Below are positions 36,623-46,836 of a stretch of DNA of 62,388 nt, piece by piece. Made by a program: the position numbers and the translations under genes. The DNA is taken from IMG/VR virus record IMGVR_UViG_3300007734_000743, positions 1 to 62,388 of that record. The stretch is one strand, 5' to 3'. This stretch comes from a virus. Taxonomy: Duplodnaviria; Caudoviricetes. The notes beneath the pieces are model-generated. The model worked only from the letters and a program-made list of their open reading frames with translations, ran no database searches and had not been told where the DNA came from. Positions within the stretch are counted from its first letter, which is position 1. Each line of letters begins with the position of its first letter.

Positions 36623-39600
36623 ATGTGCAATAATAAAGATTTTGTTCATCTTCACTGTCATACACATTTCTCAGTACAAGATGCTCTTCCTACTCCCGAA
36701 AAACTTATTTTGGGAGCCAAAGCACAAGGTTTTAGTTCTATAGCAATCACAGACCACGGCAAAATGGCAGGTCATGTAGAGTTTGCTGACGCAGCTCATA
36801 AAAATCAAATTAAACCAATTTTAGGTTGCGAGTTTTATCTGGCAAAAGATAGATATGATAAAAACCCATTAGCTGAGGATGGCTCTAAAAAAGGCAGAGA
36901 AAAACTATCTCACCTCACAATTCTTGCTCAAAACAGGCAAGGTTATAAAAACATTTTGCAATTAGGTCATGAAGCAGCTAATCCAGATTGTTATTACTAT
37001 TTTCCAAGAATTGATTTCAACTATCTTACAGAACATAGCGAGGGACTAATTGTACTCTCTGGTTGTCTGGCATCAGAGCTTCAACAAGCACTTCTGAAAG
37101 GTTCTTATGAAGATGGCTTAAAAGTAGCTAAAAAATATAAAGAAGTGTTCGGTGAAAGGTACTTTATTGAGCTTCAATATCATGGCATAGAAGAACAAAA
37201 ACACAATCTTCCAATGCTGATGAAAATCGCTAAAGATTTAGATATCAGAACAGTGGCTTCCAATGATGTGCATTATGTAGAGGCATTAGATTGGGAGTTG
37301 CACGATGTCCTTATTCAAATGAAAGATTTGAGAAACGATAAAGGCTCAAAAAATACTGGCAAAAAAGAAGCCTACGGCTCCCATCAGTTTTGGTTAAAAT
37401 CTTATGACGAAATGTACAAGATTTTTGGACAAAGAGTGCCAGAATCTTTGTCAAATACTAAATTAATCGAAGAGATGGTTGAGGATTTCTATCAAGTGGA
37501 TTTACCTCACATGCTCCCAGAAGGTAAAATTGACCTTGATAATTCTACTTTTAGAAATTTCTGGAAAACAAAACTTCCGCATCACGAATCTAAAGAAGCT
37601 TATTTAGCTTATCAATGCTTTGTTGGATTGAAAAAACTTGGCTTGGACAAAGACCCAGAATATGTAAAGCGACTCAAATACGAAATTGAAACTATTTGGT
37701 ATATGGGCGTCACTGACTATTTCTTAATTCAAAAAGAAATGGTTGATTACATGAACGAAAAAGAAATACTTTTTGGCGTAAGAGGTTCGGGCGTGGGTTC
37801 TTTGGTTAACTATTGTCTTGGCATTTCTTCTGCCGACCCAATTAAGTTTGGCTTGATGTTTGAAAGATTTCTTAATCCAGGCAGAGGTAACCAATACAAG
37901 ATTGATATTGAGGGCTTTGAATCAGAAGATACTGAAATTGATGAGATTGAAGCAATAAATTGGCTCAAGCTTACTTGTAAAGAGTTTTTGTCTAAACCTG
38001 AAAACAAACAGTACGAGTCAAGAGTTTCACGTGAAATTTGGATTCTTGAAAATCAAAAAATGGTTGTCCCTTTGAAGGCCGCTGTTGATGCTGGACACAA
38101 ACTCAAAAAGAACTCTTCAAACTTTTTCACCTTTTACGTGATTGGCTTAGCTGATGAACTTCCTAGCGGAGATTTAATCATTAAAAAGGTTTCAGGCCTT
38201 CCAGATATTGATACTGATATTGATGATTCCAAAAGACAAGAAGTGATTGAATGGGCTAAATCAAGATTTGGTGAAGAAAATGTTAAAGCAGTGGGTACAT
38301 GGGGTACATATAAAGCTAAAGCCGCTGTTCAAGGCACTTTAAAAACATCAGAAAAATTCAAAAAACAATTTGGCGACAATTTAGCACAAATGGCAATGAA
38401 AGTGTCTGGAACGATTCCTAATAAACCTGGAATTACGATTGAGGAAGCTAAAAAGGAAAGTGAAGACTTTGCTTATTGGGCAAATAGATTCAAAAAAGAA
38501 GTGGATAATGCCACGAAACTTAATGGCACAATCTCAAACCTTGGCGTACATGCTGCTGCAATTGTTGTTTCTAAAGAACCAATTCATCATGTAGTTCCAA
38601 TTGAAAACTCAAAGGGAACTATGTGTACAGCTTTCGATATGTCTAACGTAGAAAGAACAGGTACAGTAAAATATGACTATCTTGGTCTAGCCACTTATAG
38701 ACAGATTTCGTTAGCCAGAAAACTTATCAAGCAAAGACATAATAAAGAAATTGATTTGTTAAGTATTCCATTGGATGACCCTCATGTTTTCAAAAGTGTA
38801 TTTACTAAGGGCTTAACTGCCACCGTTTTCCAATTTGCAAGCCCTGGCATGCAGAAAGCACTTAAAGAAATAAAGGCATCTACAATGAATGACTTGATTG
38901 CTGTTGCGGCTTTGTATAGGCCTGGTCCGATGGATTATATTCCAGAGTATGCTAAAGGCAAGTTTAATCCAGGGACAATTAAGTATTGTCATCCTATGGT
39001 TGAAAAGCACCTTTCGCCAACATTTGGAATTATGGTTTACCAAGAGCAAGCGATGTTCTTGGCTCGTGAAATGGCTAATCTTGATTGGCTTGAAGTGGAC
39101 AAACTCAGAAAAGGTATTGCTAAAAAATCAGGAAAACAATTTGATGAAGCCTGTGAAAACTTTGCAAAGAAAGCTTCTGACAGAGGCGTTTCAGGTGGAG
39201 TAATTAAAGAAGTGTTGCAGTTGATGTCTAAGTTCGGAGGCTATGCTTTTAACAAAAGCCACGCTTGCATGTATGCTATTGTAGCGTATTGGACGGCATA
39301 CTTAAAAACTTATTATCCAGCAGAATGGATGGCGGCTTGTATTGAAGCAGATAAAGATGATACTGACAAGCTTGATATTTACATCGCTGAATGTGAAAGA
39401 CTGGGAGTAAAAGTTAAAGAGCCAAATGTGAATGAATCTGAGCTATCCACTACAGTATCTGAAGATGGTTTGATTTACCTTCCTATCACTTCTTTGAAAG
39501 GCGTGGGGACGAGCGGAAGTAGCATTGTTGAAAACAAGCCTTATAAAAACTTAGATGATTTCGTAGAAAGAAGTGGATGTAATAAGTCTTTGTTTGTAGC

Positions 39601-39829
39601 CTTGTCTGCTGGAGGTGCTTTGAAATGCCTCGTAGATGACCCAGAAGTGGATGAAGAGTTCTTTTTGGATTATTGGCTTGAATATTCTAAATCAAAGTCG
39701 AAATCAAAGAAACAATCTGCCTCTATCAACGTAAATACTAATAGCATGAGTTTGCTTGAGATGCGAAATCTTACAAAGAAATCAGAATCATCTGGGGCAG
39801 ATTTACTATCAATGCTGGATAACTTCTAA
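36623..39829 (+). CDS. dnaE: DNA polymerase III alpha subunit (family C)
   Basis: PHP domain HLHCHTHFS, ITDHG; RGSG.GS; FERFLNP.R; PDIDTD; HAAA; KYDYLGL; YAFNKSHA. Confidence 0.97.
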   Translation: MCNNKDFVHLHCHTHFSVQDALPTPEKLILGAKAQGFSSIAITDHGKMAGHVEFADAAHKNQIKPILGCEFYLAKDRYDKNPLAEDGSKKGREKLSHLTILAQNRQGYKNILQLGHEAANPDCYYYFPRIDFNYLTEHSEGLIVLSGCLASELQQALLKGSYEDGLKVAKKYKEVFGERYFIELQYHGIEEQKHNLPMLMKIAKDLDIRTVASNDVHYVEALDWELHDVLIQMKDLRNDKGSKNTGKKEAYGSHQFWLKSYDEMYKIFGQRVPESLSNTKLIEEMVEDFYQVDLPHMLPEGKIDLDNSTFRNFWKTKLPHHESKEAYLAYQCFVGLKKLGLDKDPEYVKRLKYEIETIWYMGVTDYFLIQKEMVDYMNEKEILFGVRGSGVGSLVNYCLGISSADPIKFGLMFERFLNPGRGNQYKIDIEGFESEDTEIDEIEAINWLKLTCKEFLSKPENKQYESRVSREIWILENQKMVVPLKAAVDAGHKLKKNSSNFFTFYVIGLADELPSGDLIIKKVSGLPDIDTDIDDSKRQEVIEWAKSRFGEENVKAVGTWGTYKAKAAVQGTLKTSEKFKKQFGDNLAQMAMKVSGTIPNKPGITIEEAKKESEDFAYWANRFKKEVDNATKLNGTISNLGVHAAAIVVSKEPIHHVVPIENSKGTMCTAFDMSNVERTGTVKYDYLGLATYRQISLARKLIKQRHNKEIDLLSIPLDDPHVFKSVFTKGLTATVFQFASPGMQKALKEIKASTMNDLIAVAALYRPGPMDYIPEYAKGKFNPGTIKYCHPMVEKHLSPTFGIMVYQEQAMFLAREMANLDWLEVDKLRKGIAKKSGKQFDEACENFAKKASDRGVSGGVIKEVLQLMSKFGGYAFNKSHACMYAIVAYWTAYLKTYYPAEWMAACIEADKDDTDKLDIYIAECERLGVKVKEPNVNESELSTTVSEDGLIYLPITSLKGVGTSGSSIVENKPYKNLDDFVERSGCNKSLFVALSAGGALKCLVDDPEVDEEFFLDYWLEYSKSKSKSKKQSASINVNTNSMSLLEMRNLTKKSESSGADLLSMLDNF

Positions 39830-40479
39830 TGGATGAAAATAACTTTATTGAACAAATAATTGATTGGGAGAAGTTTGATGCTTCTTCACAAATCTCACGA
39901 AGAATTAATGGTGTAACAAAAGAACACATTGAAATGGAAGTGAGACTTTGGGAAAAACAACTATCTCTCCTTGACCCACTAGAATACAAGAAAGTAATGA
40001 AGGAAATAGATGCCTGGGATATCTCAGTGCCATCTACTCATGCTTTAACACAAGAAAATATAGCTTCTACTTATGCTCGTTTAGTTGCATATAAGGTAAG
40101 AGTAAGTAAACTTTGGGCTGATGCAAGAGCTTGGCGTGAAGTTTGTGAATCTGCTGTGAAGTTTATAGAAGAACTTGCTCAAGGTGCTTTTACAGGCACA
40201 GCTGCTGAGAAAAAAGCAAATGCATCACATGTTGTTCAACCATTTGTGCATTTGAAAGTACAAACTTCTAGACTTGAAAATTATTTAGATAAGATTCATT
40301 CATCTATTACATTTTGTGCTCAGCAGCTTGATTTACTTTTGAAAGAAAGACAATCAAGAGCAAAACTCAATCACAGGCTTGGAATGGAAGGAGAGCAGAT
40401 TCTATCAGAATCATCCTCTGCTGAAATTGAGGAAGACGGAGAAAATTGGACTCCCATTCGAAAAAGCTACAAAAGATAA
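39829..40479 (+). CDS. Helical hypothetical protein (possible recombination mediator)
   Basis: Position between dnaE and ssb/recA; all-alpha. Confidence 0.55.
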   Translation: MDENNFIEQIIDWEKFDASSQISRRINGVTKEHIEMEVRLWEKQLSLLDPLEYKKVMKEIDAWDISVPSTHALTQENIASTYARLVAYKVRVSKLWADARAWREVCESAVKFIEELAQGAFTGTAAEKKANASHVVQPFVHLKVQTSRLENYLDKIHSSITFCAQQLDLLLKERQSRAKLNHRLGMEGEQILSESSSAEIEEDGENWTPIRKSYKR

Positions 40480-40537
40480 TCTTATTTTTTACAAATAAGA
40501 CAATAATAAATTGACTTCTTAAGTCCTAAGGAAAAAA

Positions 40538-41410
40538 ATGAAAAGAGTAACACCAAAATCATTACAAGATAGACAAAACAACAAAGGCAAATATGCCGAC
40601 CTTCCAAAGTTGAAGGACATTCTCGTAGACCTCTCAGTGAAAAATAACCCAAAGGTAGTTCGTAAGTTACGACTTATTGGCGACCCTATGGAGTTCACTG
40701 AAATGCAAGACAAGGTTCGCATTCCTAATTCAAAGGAAACTAAGCGAGTTCCTTTCCCTGATGCAGCTAAAAATGCTTCTCCTACACGAATTGGTCATGA
40801 CGACCCAGCTTTGTGTCCTTGGAGAAAAATGGGCTACATTGGTGCTAGACGATTTGCTCAACGAGTACTTGAAGAGCAAGAAGATGGCACTTGGGTTCAT
40901 AAGATTCTAGTAAAGGGTCCGTCAGTTTTTGACCCATTCTTCGATTGGCAACTTGGCCGCAGAGAAGAAAATGACCCAGAAATCTCTACTTTTCTTGGTG
41001 GAGACAAGGCCCCTCCTGTAAAAATTCAAGCTACAGAGGATAAAAGCAAGCTCGGTGGAGTAGATTATCGAGTCTTTGTTAATCCAAAAGATATGGAGCT
41101 TACAGAAGACCATATCAATCTTTTGAGAGCTGTCAGAGTTCCATCCGCTGATGAACTCAACGCATTCAGAAATGAATACAATGCCGAGAGAGAAGTATGC
41201 CCTGAAATGCCAGAGTGGCGAGATTATTACGAATACGGTCACGATATTCGAAGAATCTTCAAGTTCACTCCACTTGTTGAAGAAGAAAACACATCTTCAA
41301 GCACTTCTTCTCAGTCTCATACTGAAGAAGATGAAGCAGAAGAAACTACTTCAACTAAATCAGACGCTACTGATAATCTTGACATTTCAGACGTTAACTG
41401 GGACTTCTAA
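40538..41410 (+). CDS. Probable single-stranded DNA-binding protein
   Basis: Acidic S/T/E-rich tail ending DVNWDF; directly upstream of recA. Confidence 0.55.
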   Translation: MKRVTPKSLQDRQNNKGKYADLPKLKDILVDLSVKNNPKVVRKLRLIGDPMEFTEMQDKVRIPNSKETKRVPFPDAAKNASPTRIGHDDPALCPWRKMGYIGARRFAQRVLEEQEDGTWVHKILVKGPSVFDPFFDWQLGRREENDPEISTFLGGDKAPPVKIQATEDKSKLGGVDYRVFVNPKDMELTEDHINLLRAVRVPSADELNAFRNEYNAEREVCPEMPEWRDYYEYGHDIRRIFKFTPLVEEENTSSSTSSQSHTEEDEAEETTSTKSDATDNLDISDVNWDF

Positions 41411-42612
41411 TGGCAAAGCAACCTTTAAGCAAAGAAGAACGACAAAAGCTTTTAGAAATAAAGCTAAAGTCTATTGGCTCTCTTGACAAAATCGTTAAGG
41501 GAGACGGTTTTGATGCTAGACACAAAGACTACATTCCTCTTGGGATTACTGAGATTGAGTGTGAAATGGGCGACTTGCCTGGTTTTGTTATGGGCAATCT
41601 AATCGAGCTTATTGGTGAAAGTGGTTCTGGAAAAACATATGTTGCCTTGAAAACAGCGGCACAAGCCCAGAAAAAAGGCATGAAGGTGGCTTTCTTTAAC
41701 GTAGAAAATTCTTTCTATGAAAAGAGAGCCAACCAAATTGGGGTAATTACTAGAGACCCAGAACTCTTCGAAATGATTCCTAATTTAGGCTCAGGAGAAG
41801 ATATCTGTGACACTGTTTGTGCAATGGTAGAATCGGGCTTATACGGATTGATTATTGTTGATTCTGTAACAGCATTGATTCCCAATGACAGCTTAGAAAA
41901 AAGCTTCAATGATGCTCGAAAAATTGGTGCACATGCTGTGCTAGTAGGCGAGCTCGCGAAAAAACTCACATACTTAACTGGAGAATACAATACAAATGTA
42001 ATCTTGATAAACCAGTTTAGAATTGGGTCAGGAGCTATGCCAAATACTTTTGTAAAGAAAGCTACAGGCGGAGAAGGTTTATACTTCTATGACCACTATA
42101 GATTCACTTTCAAAAAGATTGGCGGTGCTGCTGGAGCTATTTATAATGCTGACAAACAAGTGATTGGAGGGAAGACAGAGCTTACTATGCATAAGATTCG
42201 TTATGCCGCTCCTAATACTAAGGTAATTTTTCCAATCTACTTCACAGAAGAAGACTCAAATCCTGTTGTTGACTTTTTAATGAGAGCTAAAGCAAGAAAT
42301 ATTGAGTTGATTAAAGAAGTGGGAGCTAAAAGCAAAAAACGTTATCAATATATCACTGAAGATGGTGAAATTATTGAGTCAGGTGATACAAAAGAATTCA
42401 TTAAATTGTTAATGGAAACTCCAGCACCTACGAAGCGTACAAGAAATGACCAATCAAATACAGCATTCGAATTTATTTGTCGAAAGATTAAGTTCGATGA
42501 CAAGATGGTAAGCGAAATGCTTGACAAACTTGAAAAAGAAAGTGTTTTTGAAACACCTGCTGAGTTGATTGGCTATACTGAAGAAGTAGATTTCGATGAT
42601 AGCTCAGATTGA
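41410..42612 (+). CDS. recA: RecA/UvsX recombinase
   Basis: ELIGESGSGKT, IIVDSVTAL, ILINQFR, TGG. Confidence 0.92.
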   Translation: MAKQPLSKEERQKLLEIKLKSIGSLDKIVKGDGFDARHKDYIPLGITEIECEMGDLPGFVMGNLIELIGESGSGKTYVALKTAAQAQKKGMKVAFFNVENSFYEKRANQIGVITRDPELFEMIPNLGSGEDICDTVCAMVESGLYGLIIVDSVTALIPNDSLEKSFNDARKIGAHAVLVGELAKKLTYLTGEYNTNVILINQFRIGSGAMPNTFVKKATGGEGLYFYDHYRFTFKKIGGAAGAIYNADKQVIGGKTELTMHKIRYAAPNTKVIFPIYFTEEDSNPVVDFLMRAKARNIELIKEVGAKSKKRYQYITEDGEIIESGDTKEFIKLLMETPAPTKRTRNDQSNTAFEFICRKIKFDDKMVSEMLDKLEKESVFETPAELIGYTEEVDFDDSSD

Positions 42613-43321
42613 ACAATTCCAGAGAGAACTAACTCTGTCCTCAAATGCTAAAACAGTACTTGAGGACAGAAATTTCCTACCTGATACTTTAGAAAGATTT
42701 CAGGTAGGTTTTTGCCCAGCTTATGCTGGGTATGATTTTGATTTATTGAATGGAAGAATTGTACTTCCAATTCATGACACTTACGGAAATTGGATTGGAT
42801 TTGCCGGAAGAAAAGTAGATTATTATTCCACCACCGTAAAAGATTATTATCAGTTAAAAACATCTAATTTACAAGGACTTGACAGGTTCTTGAAATGGAA
42901 AGTTACAAAGTGGGTAAATACTCCTTATCAAAAAGCCAACCATCTTTTTAATCTACATCGTGCTAAGAAAAGCATTTTTGAAAAAGGCTATTGTATAATT
43001 GTTGAGGGTTATTTTGACGTAATGAGGCTCTCACAGCTGGGATTTGATAATGTGGTGGCTCTTTCAGGTACAAGTTTAACTGAAACACAGTGCGAATTAA
43101 TTTTTAGATACTGTAATAAGGTTCTAATTATGCTTGATGGAGATGACGCAGGAAAAAATGCTACTAATAAAACAATGGATAGGGTGAGGCAAAATAACAT
43201 TTTTGCTAACGTGGTAGAGCTTCCTGATAACCTTGACCCTGATGATTTAGATGAAGAAACAATGAAAATTATTAATTCAGAGATAACAAACTCTGATGAG
43301 GAGCTGTATATTAAATTATGA
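42596..43321 (+). CDS. dnaG: DnaG primase catalytic/TOPRIM domain without a Zn finger
   Basis: GRIVLPI, GFAGR, KWVNTP, IVEGYFDV, VALSGT, LDGDDAG, DPD. Confidence 0.9.
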   Translation: MIAQIEQFQRELTLSSNAKTVLEDRNFLPDTLERFQVGFCPAYAGYDFDLLNGRIVLPIHDTYGNWIGFAGRKVDYYSTTVKDYYQLKTSNLQGLDRFLKWKVTKWVNTPYQKANHLFNLHRAKKSIFEKGYCIIVEGYFDVMRLSQLGFDNVVALSGTSLTETQCELIFRYCNKVLIMLDGDDAGKNATNKTMDRVRQNNIFANVVELPDNLDPDDLDEETMKIINSEITNSDEELYIKL

Positions 43322-45063
43322 TTTCAAAAGAATGGATTCTGATAGATGTGGACAGAGATGTTGCTGCTGAATTAGCAGATGAATGCGAAATTCCTAAGCC
43401 AATCGCTAATGTTTTAGTTGGCAGGGGTTTTGATGATAAGGAAAAAGCCACTGTGTTTATGGAAAAACCTCCAAAATTAATCAGAAGTCCTTCTAAGCTT
43501 CCTGATTGCGACAAAGCTGTAGCTAGACTCAAGCAAGCAATAGAAAATAAAGAAAAGATTTTTATTTGGGGCGACTATGATGTAGATGGTATCACTTCTA
43601 CCTCCGTTATAGTTACTTGTTTTGAAATGTTTGGAGCAAAGTTCATTTACAAAGTACCAAATAGGTTCGATGATGGCTATGATATTAAGCGGCACTCTGT
43701 TGATGAATGTCTAAAAGAAAAAGCATCATTGTTACTGAGTGTTGACTGCGGGATTGTAGCTTTTGATACTGCTGAATATGCCAAAGAGCAAAATATTGAT
43801 GTAATTATTACAGACCACCACTCAGCATCTGAAGATGGCAGAATACCAGATTGTGTAGCTGTAGTAAATCCTTCAAGGATAGATTCAGAATATGGGTTTG
43901 CTGGCCTCTGTGGAGCCACTGTAGCTTTTAAATTAATGCTTGCTCTCGGCAAGGCATTGAATTTTGATTTAAATAAAATTATTGCAGAAACAATCGAATA
44001 TGTAGCACTTGGAACAGTGGCTGATGTGGCTCCAATGATGGATGAAAATAGAGTTCTAGTTCACAAAGGTTGTCAGGTACTTTCTAATTCAAACAAGCCA
44101 GGTATTCAAGAATTATTAAAAATAGTTGGCACAAAAGATGTGGATACCACAACAATTGGGTTTGGTTTAGGGCCAAGAATGAATGCAATTGGTAGACTGT
44201 CAGACCCTATGATTGCAGTGGAGCTTATGCTTGAAAAAAATCAACAGCGAGCTAAATTTTTAGCCAGCCAATTAGATGCCGCAAACAAAAGAAGACAATC
44301 TAAACAAGAGCACATGTATCAAGAAGCAATTTCTCTTGTTGAGGCTGAAAAGCTTCACGAAATGCCAGCTATTGTTTGCTGGGCCAAATCTTGGCACTCA
44401 GGCCTTATTGGGCTTATGGCTGGAAAACTTGCAGAAAGGTATCATAGACCTGCAATAGTTTTGGCTTTGAACGATGAAGGAAAGGCAAAAGGCTCTTGTC
44501 GCTCTACCAAAACAGTAAACATTCTTAAAATATTAAAGCACCCTAAAGCTTTAGAATTTTATTCCAAGAAGCTTGACGGCTCACCAATTGTCGGAGGACA
44601 TGCTTTTGCCGCAGGTATGGAAGTGCCAGAAAATAATCTTTTAAGCTTTAGGCAAGCAATTTGCGAAATTTTACCTGAGTTAAATCCTGAATTTATTGCT
44701 GGGAAAAAAGTATTCATTGCTGACTCCAGAATTGTACCAGGTGAAATAAATGATAATACATTTGATTCTTTGCAAGGGCTAGCTCCTTTTGGCTCAGGAC
44801 ACCCAGAGCCTGTATTTTGGGTAAAAAATTTAACAGTTCAAGACCAAAAATTATTGTCGTCTGATAAACACTTAAAACTTACGCTTTATCATGAAAGGGT
44901 GAAGTATAAAAAGTTTTCTGCACTGTTATGGCATAAAGCATCAGACTATGCTGGAGATTATGTTGATAAAAAAATTGATGTTTTATTCTCTTTTGGTAAA
45001 GAAAACCGTGGTTTTGGACCAAAATTTTATTTAAATATTATAGATTTTCGAATTTCTGAATAA
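43318..45063 (+). CDS. recJ: RecJ ssDNA exonuclease
   Basis: GDYDVDG, VDCG, TDHH, GTVAD, PRMNAIGR, GSCRS, GGH..AAG, APFG.G.PEP. Confidence 0.95.
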   Translation: MISKEWILIDVDRDVAAELADECEIPKPIANVLVGRGFDDKEKATVFMEKPPKLIRSPSKLPDCDKAVARLKQAIENKEKIFIWGDYDVDGITSTSVIVTCFEMFGAKFIYKVPNRFDDGYDIKRHSVDECLKEKASLLLSVDCGIVAFDTAEYAKEQNIDVIITDHHSASEDGRIPDCVAVVNPSRIDSEYGFAGLCGATVAFKLMLALGKALNFDLNKIIAETIEYVALGTVADVAPMMDENRVLVHKGCQVLSNSNKPGIQELLKIVGTKDVDTTTIGFGLGPRMNAIGRLSDPMIAVELMLEKNQQRAKFLASQLDAANKRRQSKQEHMYQEAISLVEAEKLHEMPAIVCWAKSWHSGLIGLMAGKLAERYHRPAIVLALNDEGKAKGSCRSTKTVNILKILKHPKALEFYSKKLDGSPIVGGHAFAAGMEVPENNLLSFRQAICEILPELNPEFIAGKKVFIADSRIVPGEINDNTFDSLQGLAPFGSGHPEPVFWVKNLTVQDQKLLSSDKHLKLTLYHERVKYKKFSALLWHKASDYAGDYVDKKIDVLFSFGKENRGFGPKFYLNIIDFRISE

Positions 45064-45127
45064 TTTTTAGCGTATATAAATGTAGTTCGTCTCCATCCGC
45101 AGACCGTAGAGCTAAAAGGATTTTTCT

Positions 45128-46045
45128 ATGAAAGGAGATTTAATAAATTCAGAAATACAATTAAGGCTTGAAGAAGCTGTTTTAAATTATCAAAAAGTAT
45201 CTAAAAGTAGTGACAAAAATGAAATAGAGTGGGCTTATAAAAAAATAACCAATCTATACAACCCTTTGGATTTTTATCACAATTGGTACGACCAATATTA
45301 CTATCTTTTTGACTCTCAAGAAGATTTTGTGGCGGATTACTTGCGAGTATTTGCCACTGTTTTATTAGGCTGGAAGCCCAGAAACCAACGCTCAAAATCA
45401 AGATACGAAGGTTCTGGTGAGTTCAAAAATTATTTTATTGGCTCGCTTTATCACAATTACATAAATATGGTAAAGTCAGACCAGGCGGCTAAAAGAAATG
45501 TTACCAAGCAATGCCCAATATGCGAAGACTGGGTTAATCCAATTTCAACACATTTAATTACTTGCCACTCTAATTTGTTATGGCAATATCTAGAAGAAAT
45601 GGATATTGATATTGAAAGTTTATCTTCTTGTCCATTATGTGCTAATTTTAAAGTGGCCAAAACAAACAACGACCCTAAAAAAATCACTGAGCTCTTGAAA
45701 GCACATTTTATTTCTAAACACACAAGCTTATTATTTAATAAGTTTAATGAAATGTATCCAGAAATATCAACTATCTCTCCAAAAATTACCTCTACATCCA
45801 TTTCAGAAAATGATGAAGAGCTTGATTTATATGAAGTGGTAGAAGAAAAAGACAGTTTATTGAATAAGCTTCATCTTTTAAATCTTACTGATTTGCAAAA
45901 AAGTGTAATTGAGCAAATTTTAAATGGAGAAAAAACTGATTTAGCTTACAAACCAGAGAAATATAAATGTACAAAAGAACAATGGGAAACTGAAATGGAA
46001 TCCTTAAAGGAGACCATTAGTATTTATGGATATGGAAATGACTGA
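45128..46045 (+). CDS. Putative transcription factor (sigma region-2-like N-terminus, Zn fingers, region-4-like C-terminus)
   Basis: G.FKNYF...L.H.YIN.VK; CPIC...H...H; CPLC...H...H; LTDLQK.VI. Confidence 0.45.
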   Translation: MKGDLINSEIQLRLEEAVLNYQKVSKSSDKNEIEWAYKKITNLYNPLDFYHNWYDQYYYLFDSQEDFVADYLRVFATVLLGWKPRNQRSKSRYEGSGEFKNYFIGSLYHNYINMVKSDQAAKRNVTKQCPICEDWVNPISTHLITCHSNLLWQYLEEMDIDIESLSSCPLCANFKVAKTNNDPKKITELLKAHFISKHTSLLFNKFNEMYPEISTISPKITSTSISENDEELDLYEVVEEKDSLLNKLHLLNLTDLQKSVIEQILNGEKTDLAYKPEKYKCTKEQWETEMESLKETISIYGYGND

Positions 46046-46424
46046 AAAAACTGTTTTAGCTGAAAATCCTTCAGCAACCGATGAACGATTTATCTTCCCC
46101 GATGACCCTAACACACTTAGGGTTCGGGGCGGAGATTATGACCCTGAAAAACCTGAGAAAAAACCCACAGACCCTGTAGCTTTATCAAGAGCTATTTTGC
46201 ATGTGCTTGGCAAGAATGAGTATGTGCGAATTTTGTCTGTTGGGCCAAAGGCTCTTTCAATTGTTATGAAGGCTTTTAGACTCGCTGCAAGTGAGGCTGA
46301 AAGTAGAACAAATGGAGCTGTTTTAGTTTGTAGACAATCAGAATATGAGGCCATTATTGCAAATAAAAAAACTAAGGGTGTATGCACAAGAATTTTCGGA
46401 ATACCAATCAAGAACGCCCTTTAA
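46026..46424 (+). CDS. spoVS: SpoVS-like (Alba-fold) protein
   Basis: LRV...PVALSRAI..VL.....VRILSVGPKAL....KA..LA. Confidence 0.7.
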   Translation: MDMEMTEKTVLAENPSATDERFIFPDDPNTLRVRGGDYDPEKPEKKPTDPVALSRAILHVLGKNEYVRILSVGPKALSIVMKAFRLAASEAESRTNGAVLVCRQSEYEAIIANKKTKGVCTRIFGIPIKNAL

Positions 46425-46798
46425 TTCAACAAATAATTGAAAAGTTTGCCCCGAAATCACAAGAAATTGTGAATGAAAATAATGAGCAAAATTTGCCTGT
46501 TTTGGAACGAAAAATTATTCAAAATTTAATTGAAAATAGAGTAAAATCCGTAGGCGAAATATACCCATTACAAGAAGATAAAATAAGAAAAAGGCTTATC
46601 AAGTTTATTAAAAAAAACAAGATAGCCTTGCGTTATGAACACGTTTGCTGCCGACATGTAAAGCGATTTACTGTAGCAGCTTTTTTGTTCTGTGAAGTTT
46701 GTGGAAAAGGCCACGAAACACTCTTTTGGGAGCGTTGTGAAAGTTGTGGAAATTTCAACAAATACAGAATTTACAGCATAGATGGAGAGTATAATTAA
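46382..46798 (+). CDS. Zn-ribbon hypothetical protein
   Basis: CEVCG...CESCG. Confidence 0.55.
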   Translation: MHKNFRNTNQERPLIQQIIEKFAPKSQEIVNENNEQNLPVLERKIIQNLIENRVKSVGEIYPLQEDKIRKRLIKFIKKNKIALRYEHVCCRHVKRFTVAAFLFCEVCGKGHETLFWERCESCGNFNKYRIYSIDGEYN

Positions 46799-46836
46799 GT
46801 ATAAAATGAATAAAAAAACACTCAAAAACACAATCT

